Shown: piece by piece, positions 1 through 7,680 of the stretch | Numbering within the stretch: the first letter of the stretch is position 1 | Layout of the letters: each line of letters begins with the position of its first letter | From: an uncultured Bacilli bacterium | GTDB lineage: Bacteria; Bacillota_I; Bacilli_A; RF39; UBA660 | Assembly: GCA_947588895.1 (NCBI GenBank) | Contig: CANQBF010000001.1 | Coordinates: forward strand, 1 to 60,058 | Direction: 5' to 3' | Length of the DNA stretch: 60,058 nucleotides | Notes under the pieces: generated by a model | The model's database searches: none | Seen by the model: only the letters and a program-made list of their open reading frames with translations | Told to the model about the DNA's origin: nothing | Made by a program: the position numbers and the translations under genes

Positions 1-77
1 TGCTAATATAAAAATGTAGGTTTTCCTACATAATTATATTAGCCAAAACCTACATTTTTATATTGACATTATCAACT
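1..77. repeat. Left copy of a 77-bp terminal inverted repeat; hairpin-rich, resembling an IS200/IS605 end or a PATE
   Basis: 1..77 is the exact reverse complement of 59980..60056, and identity stops at 78/59979. It contains nested inverted repeats: AAAATGTAGGTTTT/AAAACCTACATTTT, TGTAGG-TTTT-CCTACA and GCTAATATA/TATATTAGC. Confidence 0.85.
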
Positions 78-233
78 CCCCTTCATTATATTTATTTCCA
101 TGCTATTGCAACTTTGTCTTATTATTTCTCTACATCTTTCCGCTATTCTACCTTCTAATACTCTATATCTATATTTTGTTGTCCATACTAAATGATATTC
201 TATTTCATATTGTACGTGACTTCCTTTTCTCAT
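72..233 (-). pseudogene. tnpA: IS200/IS605-family Y1 transposase (TnpA), N-terminal fragment of 53 codons, truncated before the HUH motif
   Basis: Manual translation gives MRKGSHVQYEIEYHLVWTTKYRYRVLEGRIAERCREIIRQSCNSMEINIMKGS*. The YHLVWTTKYR-x-VL motif is the conserved TnpA N-terminus. The ORF ends at a TGA inside the 77-bp repeat, where intact homologs continue (KGHVS..DHVH). An RBS (GGAGGG) lies upstream, with an extended -10 (TGCTATAAT) on the minus strand at 265..273. Confidence 0.8.
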
Positions 234-488
234 TTTACTTTTCCCTCCAGTTTTTTTGCTTTCTATTATAGCATCTTTTTACTTACATGCGGCAATAAAT
301 TGCCTCTAAATCCTGGAAGGATTTACGTGCTAAAGCACGTGGCCTGAACCTGTTGCTGAAACTTCGGGTCAATATTTTGTTGAAAATTTACAATTTGCAA
401 ATTAATTTGACTTCAGTTAAATGAAAGACCTCAAGCTGCTTTAAAATATCCCACTTCTAGTCAATTTAAACATTTTCATTATAACAAA

Positions 489-521
489 GGGGATTAATTT
501 CTTAATTCCCCCAATTTTTTT
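489..521 (+). terminator. Intrinsic-terminator-like hairpin: GGGGATTAA..TTAATTCCCC followed by a T7 run
   Basis: A G/C-anchored stem at 489..512 is followed by AATTTTTTT. The T-run is better on the plus strand; the minus strand has only TTTGTT. It sits between the IS200 remnant and prmC. Confidence 0.5.
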
Positions 522-696
522 AAATTTTTGTACACTTTCTCTTGACTAATGCAAATTGACATGATTAAATTATCTTTTCAAGATAGTAAAGAATTATATT
601 AATGAGAAAAAATGTGGAAAATGAAATAATAAGAATGGTAGGTTGATAATATTAATAAAAGATACCTAAATTGATATCTTTTCTCATATTTAATAT

Positions 697-1416
697 TTAT
701 ATATTGTTATTACTTATAAATACATATCTTTCATAATTATTATAATCTTTTTCTATTTTTATCTTATCATTAGGTAAATATTTATTAACTAAATCTTTTA
801 TTAATTTTCCCTCTTTATCATCTATTTCAAATGCAATTAAATGATTAGAATTTAAATTATTATGTAATTTTTCTAATATTATTCGATAATAATATATTCC
901 ATCTTCAGGAGCAAAAATAGCATTTTGTGGTTCATATTTAGTTTTCTTATCGACTACTTTATTATATGAAACATAGGGAGGATTACTTATAATAACGTCA
1001 TATTTCTGAGTAGTATTAAATGTATTAATATCATTAATTATAAAATTTATATTAGTATTATTTAATTTAGCATTAGATTTAGCTACCTCAATAGCTTTTT
1101 TGCTAATATCTATAGCATCAATTTTACAATCAATATTCTTTTTTAAAGCAATACTTATACAACCACTACCAGTACCAATATCTAATATTTTAGGATTATT
1201 TATATGCAAATATTTTAAATATTTAATTGTTTTATCAACTAAATATTCTGTTTCAAATCTTGGAATTAAAACATTTTTATTAACATTAATAAGACAATTA
1301 TAAAATTCAACATTACCTATAATATATTGTACTGGTTCGTCATTTTGTAATCTTTTTAAACCATTTTCATATTCTTCTTTAGTTAAATATTTTCTTAATA
1401 ACTCTTCATCAGTCAT
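697..1416 (-). CDS. prmC: Release-factor glutamine N5-methyltransferase PrmC (HemK)
   Basis: 239 aa with the SAM motif ILDIGTGSGCI and the catalytic NPPY motif (SNPPYV). It lies 1 nt downstream of prfA. Confidence 0.93.
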   Translation of the reverse strand: MTDEELLRKYLTKEEYENGLKRLQNDEPVQYIIGNVEFYNCLINVNKNVLIPRFETEYLVDKTIKYLKYLHINNPKILDIGTGSGCISIALKKNIDCKIDAIDISKKAIEVAKSNAKLNNTNINFIINDINTFNTTQKYDVIISNPPYVSYNKVVDKKTKYEPQNAIFAPEDGIYYYRIILEKLHNNLNSNHLIAFEIDDKEGKLIKDLVNKYLPNDKIKIEKDYNNYERYVFISNNNI

Positions 1417-1417
1417 T

Positions 1418-2485
1418 TTATAAGCTTTCTTTATTACCTTCTAATTTTCTTCTTAAATCTTCAGTAATTAAGGCTTCAATAATTGGAGATAAATTACCAT
1501 CCATAACTCTATCTAATTCCATAATTGAAAAATTAATACGATGGTCAGTAACTCTATTTTGAGGATAGTTATAAGTTCTTATTTTTTCTGAACGGTCACC
1601 GGTACCAATTTTACTTTTTCTTTCAGCACCAATTTCTTGTTCTTGTCTTTGTTTCATTTCATCATGTAATTTTATTTTTAATAAACGCATAGCATTTTCT
1701 TTATTTTTTAATTGACTTCTTTCCGTTTGACAAGCTACTACTACTCCAGTTGGAATATGGGTTATACGAACTGCTGAATTTGAAGTATTTACTGATTGTC
1801 CACCAGCTCCACTTGAATGGTAAACATCTATTTTTAAATCACTTTCTTTAACATCAATATCAACATCTTCGACTTCCGGCATAACTAAAACCGTTGCAGT
1901 TGATGTATGAACTCGACCTTGAGTTTCAGTTTCAGGTACTCTTTGAACACGATGAGAACCACTTTCATATTTCAATTTTGAATATACATTGTCTCCTTTA
2001 ACCATATATTCAATTTGAGAATATCCCCCACTTGCACCTTCAATCGAATTTAATACTTCAATTTTCCAACCATTTTCTTCAGCATAATAAGAATACATTC
2101 TAAATAAATCACCAGCAAAAATATTGGCTTCATCTCCACCAGCAGCTCCCCTTATTTCCATAATAACATTCTTACCATCATTTTCATCTTTAGGAACTAA
2201 TAATATTTCTAATTCACTATTAATTTCTTGTAATTTTTCGGATAATGTTGATACTTCTCCTTCAGCAATTTCTTTAAATTCTGGATCATTAATTAATGAT
2301 TCAGCTTCATCTAAAGCTTTTTTTGTTGCTTTATATTCTTCATATTTATTAACAATTTCTTCTAAATCACTTTGTTCTTTTGATAACTTTCTTAATTTAT
2401 TATAATCAGTTAATACTTCTTCTTTTGTTAATTCTTCTTTTAGCTCTTCATATTTTTTTACTATATTATTTAATCTTTCAAACAT
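1418..2485 (-). CDS. prfA: Peptide chain release factor 1
   Basis: 355 aa with the GGQ motif (SGAGGQSVN) and an RF1-type region, RVQRVPETETQGRVHTS. Confidence 0.96.
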   Translation of the reverse strand: MFERLNNIVKKYEELKEELTKEEVLTDYNKLRKLSKEQSDLEEIVNKYEEYKATKKALDEAESLINDPEFKEIAEGEVSTLSEKLQEINSELEILLVPKDENDGKNVIMEIRGAAGGDEANIFAGDLFRMYSYYAEENGWKIEVLNSIEGASGGYSQIEYMVKGDNVYSKLKYESGSHRVQRVPETETQGRVHTSTATVLVMPEVEDVDIDVKESDLKIDVYHSSGAGGQSVNTSNSAVRITHIPTGVVVACQTERSQLKNKENAMRLLKIKLHDEMKQRQEQEIGAERKSKIGTGDRSEKIRTYNYPQNRVTDHRINFSIMELDRVMDGNLSPIIEALITEDLRRKLEGNKESL

Positions 2486-2555
2486 AATATCACTCTTTCG
2501 TTAAAAATTATATCATTTATATTTTATGCATGCAATTAAAACGATATATTAAAAA

Positions 2556-3203
2556 CTATTTATGTCTAGTTAATTTATAATTTCCTACGATATCATTAGT
2601 TTCATTTTCAGTTATTTGAATATCAATATCTTTCTCATTAAATGTATAAGAAATAGCATATTTAGTATCTTTTACTGTTTCCGTTAAATCATTTACATTT
2701 TCAACATCTTTATCTTCTTCTCTTTTTAATTCTAAAGTAGCTCCTTTTAATAGATTAGAAACATATTGTAAATAAAGATTATTTTTTTCGTATTTATTAT
2801 TATTAATATTACCTAAAATTGTATTAGAAATACCAATAGTTAATGATAAAAGTGTAGATATAGCTAAAATTATACTAGGAATTTTTAATGCAAAAATTGC
2901 TGATAATATAAATATACCTGTTAAATATAATGTAATATTCCAATATTTATTAGAATTACCTGCATTCTTCATTACTTTTTCATCATAAATAGTATGGTTA
3001 TAAATTAAAACTGCTAATTGATTTACTAAAATATTTATTTTGTCTCTTAAATTAAGATTTTCATCATCAAAATAACTATTTGTAATTACATCACTATATA
3101 ATTCAATAACTTTATCTAAGCTAGCATTTTTATAATCTTTATTTAATTCTTCTTCTGCTTGTTTATTAACTTTATTAAATGCATCTATTTTTTCTTGTTT
3201 CAT
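2556..3203 (-). CDS. Hypothetical 2-TM membrane protein (helical N-terminus, TM hairpin, charged C-terminus); paralog of 3215..3808
   Basis: 215 aa with two adjacent hydrophobic helices, WNITLYLTGIFILSAIFAL and IILAISTLLSLTIGISNTIL. After TM2 it shares the motif NNK-YEK..Y with the neighbouring gene. Confidence 0.65.
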   Translation of the reverse strand: MKQEKIDAFNKVNKQAEEELNKDYKNASLDKVIELYSDVITNSYFDDENLNLRDKINILVNQLAVLIYNHTIYDEKVMKNAGNSNKYWNITLYLTGIFILSAIFALKIPSIILAISTLLSLTIGISNTILGNINNNKYEKNNLYLQYVSNLLKGATLELKREEDKDVENVNDLTETVKDTKYAISYTFNEKDIDIQITENETNDIVGNYKLTRHK

Positions 3204-3214
3204 AAAATTACTCC

Positions 3215-3808
3215 CTATCTTTTGTTTCTCTTTCTGGTAAATGATTTTTCATTATCTATAAACAAATTATCTTTTACTAAATCATAATCAAAATCATCAT
3301 CAATAATATTTTCTTCAATATAATCTTTATCTTTTACTTCATCATTTATTAATAATAATTCTTTTTCTAAAGAACAACTTTTAAAAAAGATATTATAATA
3401 TATAGCTTTATCTTTTTCATATATTGATTTATTATTATAGATAATTTCTAAAGATTTAGCTATTATACTAAAGCTAGTATTAATAACTGTTATAAAAGCA
3501 AAAATATTTGCTATATAAACACTATTAAATAATTTAGCTACTACTAATGTTAAAATTAAACTTATAAAAGCTGCAACCATTTTATAAAAGGCATAATAAC
3601 TATTACTTCTACTTTTAACATCATATTCTTTATGTTTATCAGTACATATTTCAGCTTGTATAGATGTATAATCTATTTTTTCATCGAGATTTTTTATTTT
3701 AAATATTTCTTTATCAATAAATACTTTATCATAAACTTGTTTTAAATCATTTAATCTTAAGTTTTTATTAATTACTTCATTATTTAAATTATTTAAACTT
3801 TTTTTCAT
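3215..3808 (-). CDS. Hypothetical 2-TM membrane protein; paralog of 2556..3203
   Basis: 197 aa with the same architecture: TM1 YKMVAAFISLILTLVVAKL, TM2 IANIFAFITVINTSFSII, then YNNKSIYEKDKAIYY. The ATG is preceded by AAAGGGA, which is embedded in a TCCCT..AGGGA hairpin. Confidence 0.65.
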   Translation of the reverse strand: MKKSLNNLNNEVINKNLRLNDLKQVYDKVFIDKEIFKIKNLDEKIDYTSIQAEICTDKHKEYDVKSRSNSYYAFYKMVAAFISLILTLVVAKLFNSVYIANIFAFITVINTSFSIIAKSLEIIYNNKSIYEKDKAIYYNIFFKSCSLEKELLLINDEVKDKDYIEENIIDDDFDYDLVKDNLFIDNEKSFTRKRNKR

Positions 3809-3865
3809 AAAAAAATCCCTTTCTTTTAGGGAATATTTTAATACTATTTATTATTACTTGTCAAT

Positions 3866-4741
3866 TTATTTTTCATTAGGTATAACTTTAATATTAATAT
3901 GTTTTACTAATTTAAATTTTTTCTCTATTTTATCATGTATTTTAACTCTTTCTTTATCTACTTTTTTAAGTGGTGTATTACCATCCATTGATATAATTAA
4001 ATCAATATATATTTTACTACCAAACATTCTTGTTTTTAAATCAATTACTTGAATATTTTTATTACTATCAATTATTGTTTTTAGTATTTCATCTTCCGTT
4101 TCTTTATCACATGCTGTATCAAGCATACCACTTAGAGCACTAACAAATATATCAACTGCTGTTTTAATTATTAAAATACATATTAATAAACATACTATTG
4201 AATCTAAAGCAGTAAATCCAAAATGAGCTCCTAAAATACCAATTAGAGAACCAACGGAAGATATGGCATCACTTCGATGGTGCCAAGCATCTCCCTTAAG
4301 TGCTGGTGAATTAAGTTTTTTAGCAATTCTTATAGTATATTGAAACATAACTTCTTTAACTATAATCGAAATTATCGCACCGATTAATCCAATTAAACTA
4401 GGAGTAACAATATCTTTAGTATGAATTATAGCTAATATGCCTTCATATCCAATATAAAGACCAGTCATTAAAAGAATAAATGCTAAAATAATAGCAAATG
4501 CACTTTCAATTCGTTCATGACCATAAGGATGATTTTCATCAGCTTCTTTACTAGATATAATAAAACCAAATATTACTATAATTGTTGTAAATACATCACT
4601 TAATGAATGAATAGCGTCAGATACTAAAGCTTTAGAATGCCCAATTAACCCTAAAATTAATTTAATTATAAATAATCCAAGATTAACTATAATTGTTATT
4701 ATACTAGTTTTTATGGCTATACTTTTAAATAATTTTTTCAT
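3866..4741 (-). CDS. Cation diffusion facilitator (CDF) family divalent-metal efflux transporter
   Basis: 291 aa with about 6 TM helices. CDF signatures HSLSDV (TM2) and HHRSDA (TM5) are present, plus a C-terminal cytoplasmic domain. Confidence 0.88.
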   Translation of the reverse strand: MKKLFKSIAIKTSIITIIVNLGLFIIKLILGLIGHSKALVSDAIHSLSDVFTTIIVIFGFIISSKEADENHPYGHERIESAFAIILAFILLMTGLYIGYEGILAIIHTKDIVTPSLIGLIGAIISIIVKEVMFQYTIRIAKKLNSPALKGDAWHHRSDAISSVGSLIGILGAHFGFTALDSIVCLLICILIIKTAVDIFVSALSGMLDTACDKETEDEILKTIIDSNKNIQVIDLKTRMFGSKIYIDLIISMDGNTPLKKVDKERVKIHDKIEKKFKLVKHINIKVIPNEK

Positions 4742-4826
4742 AACTCTCCTTAAGAAAAAAAGGAAACTATTTAGTTTCTCTTATTTTAATTTATGCTTAT
4801 AATCAAATAAATTAAATTATAAATAC

Positions 4827-5267
4827 CTATTCTTGTAAATTTTCTTCTTCATCAATAATAACTAAATCTTTAAGGTCATCATCTTCATCATCAGTATCAT
4901 CTAAATCATCATAGAAAATATCGTCATCTTCATCAGTTTCTTCTTCAATATCTTCTTCGCTATCATCTTCTAATTCTTCACTATCTATTTCTTCATCTTC
5001 TTCAACAACAATATCTTGTTTATGATTAATTGCTAAATCCCAATAACCATTTTTTAATAATATAAATTTTTTATTAATTGATAATAACTCAAAAAAATCG
5101 GCAATTCGATCTTCAACTGTTTGCTCAGGTAATTCTAAAACTTCACAAACTTTTTTAAATAAATCTAGTAATTTCATTTTTTTCTTGTTATTTTCAAGCA
5201 CTAAATAGGCTATTTCATCATATCCCATAGTTTGTAATTCTTCTTTTGATATATCTTTTAAATTCAT
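4827..5267 (-). CDS. rpoE: DNA-directed RNA polymerase delta subunit
   Basis: 146 aa. A HARE-HTH-like N-terminal domain (MGYDEIAYLVLE...NGYWDL) is followed by a long poly-Asp/Glu tail, the hallmark of Firmicute RpoE. Confidence 0.88.
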   Translation of the reverse strand: MNLKDISKEELQTMGYDEIAYLVLENNKKKMKLLDLFKKVCEVLELPEQTVEDRIADFFELLSINKKFILLKNGYWDLAINHKQDIVVEEDEEIDSEELEDDSEEDIEEETDEDDDIFYDDLDDTDDEDDDLKDLVIIDEEENLQE

Positions 5268-5317
5268 TATTATTCTCCTCTTTTCAAAAACATTATATGC
5301 AATATATATGTATTAAT

Positions 5318-5653
5318 TTAGTATAAATGTATTACTATTTTTTTAATTTCATCATCTATACTATAAATTAATATAATATCGGCTTCTTTTTTTATACTAC
5401 AAGTTGTTAAATTATGCAATATACTTTTATTAATATCTTTTAAAATATATGTAAATTTTTCAGTATTAAAATCAACTTTAAATAAATATTCATCATTTTC
5501 TCTTGTATAAATATTTTTATTTAAATCAATTTTATTTAAACAATCATTTTCTTTATATTCAATTATATTATTATTTATTTCACATTCTACTTTTTCTTTA
5601 TTAATAACTATTTCATTATTATTATATAAAGTCCAATCTATTATTTTTTTGAT
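5318..5653 (-). CDS. Hypothetical protein of about 111 aa with an apparent non-canonical ATC start; not in the ORF track
   Basis: This is a 112-codon open frame found by manual translation: IKKIIDWTLYNNNEIVINKEKVECEINNN...ILIYSIDDEIKKIVIHLY*. A consensus SD, AAGGAG (5661..5666), lies 7 nt upstream of ATC (5651..5653). There is no in-frame ATG/GTG/TTG until codon 82. It fills an otherwise empty 480-bp gap. Confidence 0.5.
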   Translation of the reverse strand: MKKIIDWTLYNNNEIVINKEKVECEINNNIIEYKENDCLNKIDLNKNIYTRENDEYLFKVDFNTEKFTYILKDINKSILHNLTTCSIKKEADIILIYSIDDEIKKIVIHLY

Positions 5654-5751
5654 ATAATCACTCCTTTATTCCTAAAAACTATAACATATACTATATATAA
5701 ATTCAACATAAAAATAAAATTTTTTTACATAATAATTTTAGGTGATTTAAA

Positions 5752-7671
5752 TTGCGTATAATAAAATGGTTATATAAATTATTTAGCTTTTGTGTTTTTA
5801 CCTTTATTATTGGTTATATAGGGATTAATATTTATGCTTTAATTACTCCTAAATTAAATATTACTAATAATGGTACTTATTATTTATATGATAATAAAGA
5901 TAATTTAGTATATCAAGGAAGTAGTACAAGTAAATGGGTTAATTTAGAAGATATAAGTAGTAATTTAACTAATGCTGTTATATCTATTGAAGATAAAAAA
6001 TTTTATGAACATCATGGATTTGATATTCTTAGAATTGTTAAAGCAATGAGTAATAATATTAAAAATGGACATATTGTTCAAGGAGCTTCAACGATTACAC
6101 AACAATTAGTTAAAAATTTATATTTAGATTTTGATACTAGTTGGAAAAGAAAAATTAAAGAAGCTTTTTTAACAATAATTGTAGAAATACAATATGATAA
6201 AGATGAAATTTTAGAAGCATATTTAAATACAATTAATTATGGTAATGGTAACTATGGAGTTAGTAATGCTTCAATGTATTATTTTAATAAAGATGTTAAA
6301 GATTTAAATATAGAAGAAGCAATTATTTTAGCTGGTATTCCCAAGAGTCCTAATAAATTTAATCCAGTTTCTAATAAAGAAGAATCTTTAAAAAGGTCAA
6401 GAGTTGTTGCAGCATCTTTATTAAATAATAAATTTATAACTAAAGATGAATATGATAATTTAAATTTAGAAGAAGTTCCTATTTATGGTAAAGTTAATGA
6501 ACAACATTTACAAATGCTTATGTATTATCAAGATGCTGTTTATCATGAGTTAGAAAGTTTAGGAATTAGTAAAAGTGCTTTAGAAAAAGGAATGCTTAAA
6601 ATATATACTAATTTAGATATGGATAAACAAAAAGCTTTAGAAGAAAAAATTTTACTAAATATGGAAGGGGAAAAAGAAATGCAAGTATCTAGTATTATTG
6701 TTGACCCTGAAACAGGTAAAATTGAAGCTTTAACGGGTGGTATTGATTATGGTATTAGTGAATATAATAGAGCTATTTCATCTAAAAGACAAGTTGGCTC
6801 TACGATGAAATCTTTTTTATATTATGCTGCTTTAGAAAATAATTTGGTTTCATCTAGTTTATTTAAAAGCGAATTTACTATTTTTAATACTTCCGATAAA
6901 CAAACATATGCACCAATTAATTATGGTAATAAATACGCTAATAAAGATATAACTATGGCTGCTGCTATTGCATTTTCAGATAATATATATGCTGTTAAAA
7001 CAAATTTATTTTTAGGTAGTGATGAATTAGTTAAAACTGCTAAAAGAGCTGGAATTAAAGAAGATTTACCTTCTATTCCATCACTTGCTTTAGGTACTAA
7101 AGAAATAAATATCATTGATTATGCCACTGGTTATGCAACACTGGCAAGTGGTGGTTATCAAAAAGATTTATATTTTATAAGAAAAATAGAAGATAGTAAT
7201 AATAATGTTATTTATATTAAAGATGAACAAAAAAAATTAGTTCTTAATCCCAATTATGTTTATATTTTAAATGAATTATTAAGTAATACTTCTAATTCAA
7301 TTTTTAAAGATTATACTGTGGCAACAGCTTCGACTATTGCTTCAAAATTAAGCCGTAAATACGCAATTAAAACAGGAACAACAGCAACAGACCATTGGGC
7401 AGTTGGATATAATAAAGATGATTTAATGTTAGTATGGATTGGTTATGATGATAATCGGGAATTAGAAAAAAATTATAGTTATATTACTAAAAATATTTGG
7501 GCTGATACAATGGAAACAATTCAAAAAGATTATACTGATAATTGGTATGATACTCCCAAAGATGTAGTAGGTGTAATACTTGATGCTATTACAGGAAAAC
7601 CAACGAATGATGCTAGTAAAGCTTCTATTTTCTATTATTTAAAAGGAAGTGAACCAATAATAAGTAATTAA
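5752..7671 (+). CDS. Class A penicillin-binding protein (GT51 transglycosylase + transpeptidase)
   Basis: 639 aa with an N-terminal TM helix. GT51 motifs: EDKKFYEHHGFD and GASTITQQL. Transpeptidase motifs: STMKS (SxxK), SDN and KTGTT. It has a TTG start 6 nt after AGGTGA. Confidence 0.92.
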   Translation: MRIIKWLYKLFSFCVFTFIIGYIGINIYALITPKLNITNNGTYYLYDNKDNLVYQGSSTSKWVNLEDISSNLTNAVISIEDKKFYEHHGFDILRIVKAMSNNIKNGHIVQGASTITQQLVKNLYLDFDTSWKRKIKEAFLTIIVEIQYDKDEILEAYLNTINYGNGNYGVSNASMYYFNKDVKDLNIEEAIILAGIPKSPNKFNPVSNKEESLKRSRVVAASLLNNKFITKDEYDNLNLEEVPIYGKVNEQHLQMLMYYQDAVYHELESLGISKSALEKGMLKIYTNLDMDKQKALEEKILLNMEGEKEMQVSSIIVDPETGKIEALTGGIDYGISEYNRAISSKRQVGSTMKSFLYYAALENNLVSSSLFKSEFTIFNTSDKQTYAPINYGNKYANKDITMAAAIAFSDNIYAVKTNLFLGSDELVKTAKRAGIKEDLPSIPSLALGTKEINIIDYATGYATLASGGYQKDLYFIRKIEDSNNNVIYIKDEQKKLVLNPNYVYILNELLSNTSNSIFKDYTVATASTIASKLSRKYAIKTGTTATDHWAVGYNKDDLMLVWIGYDDNRELEKNYSYITKNIWADTMETIQKDYTDNWYDTPKDVVGVILDAITGKPTNDASKASIFYYLKGSEPIISN

Positions 7672-7680
7672 AAAAGATTG

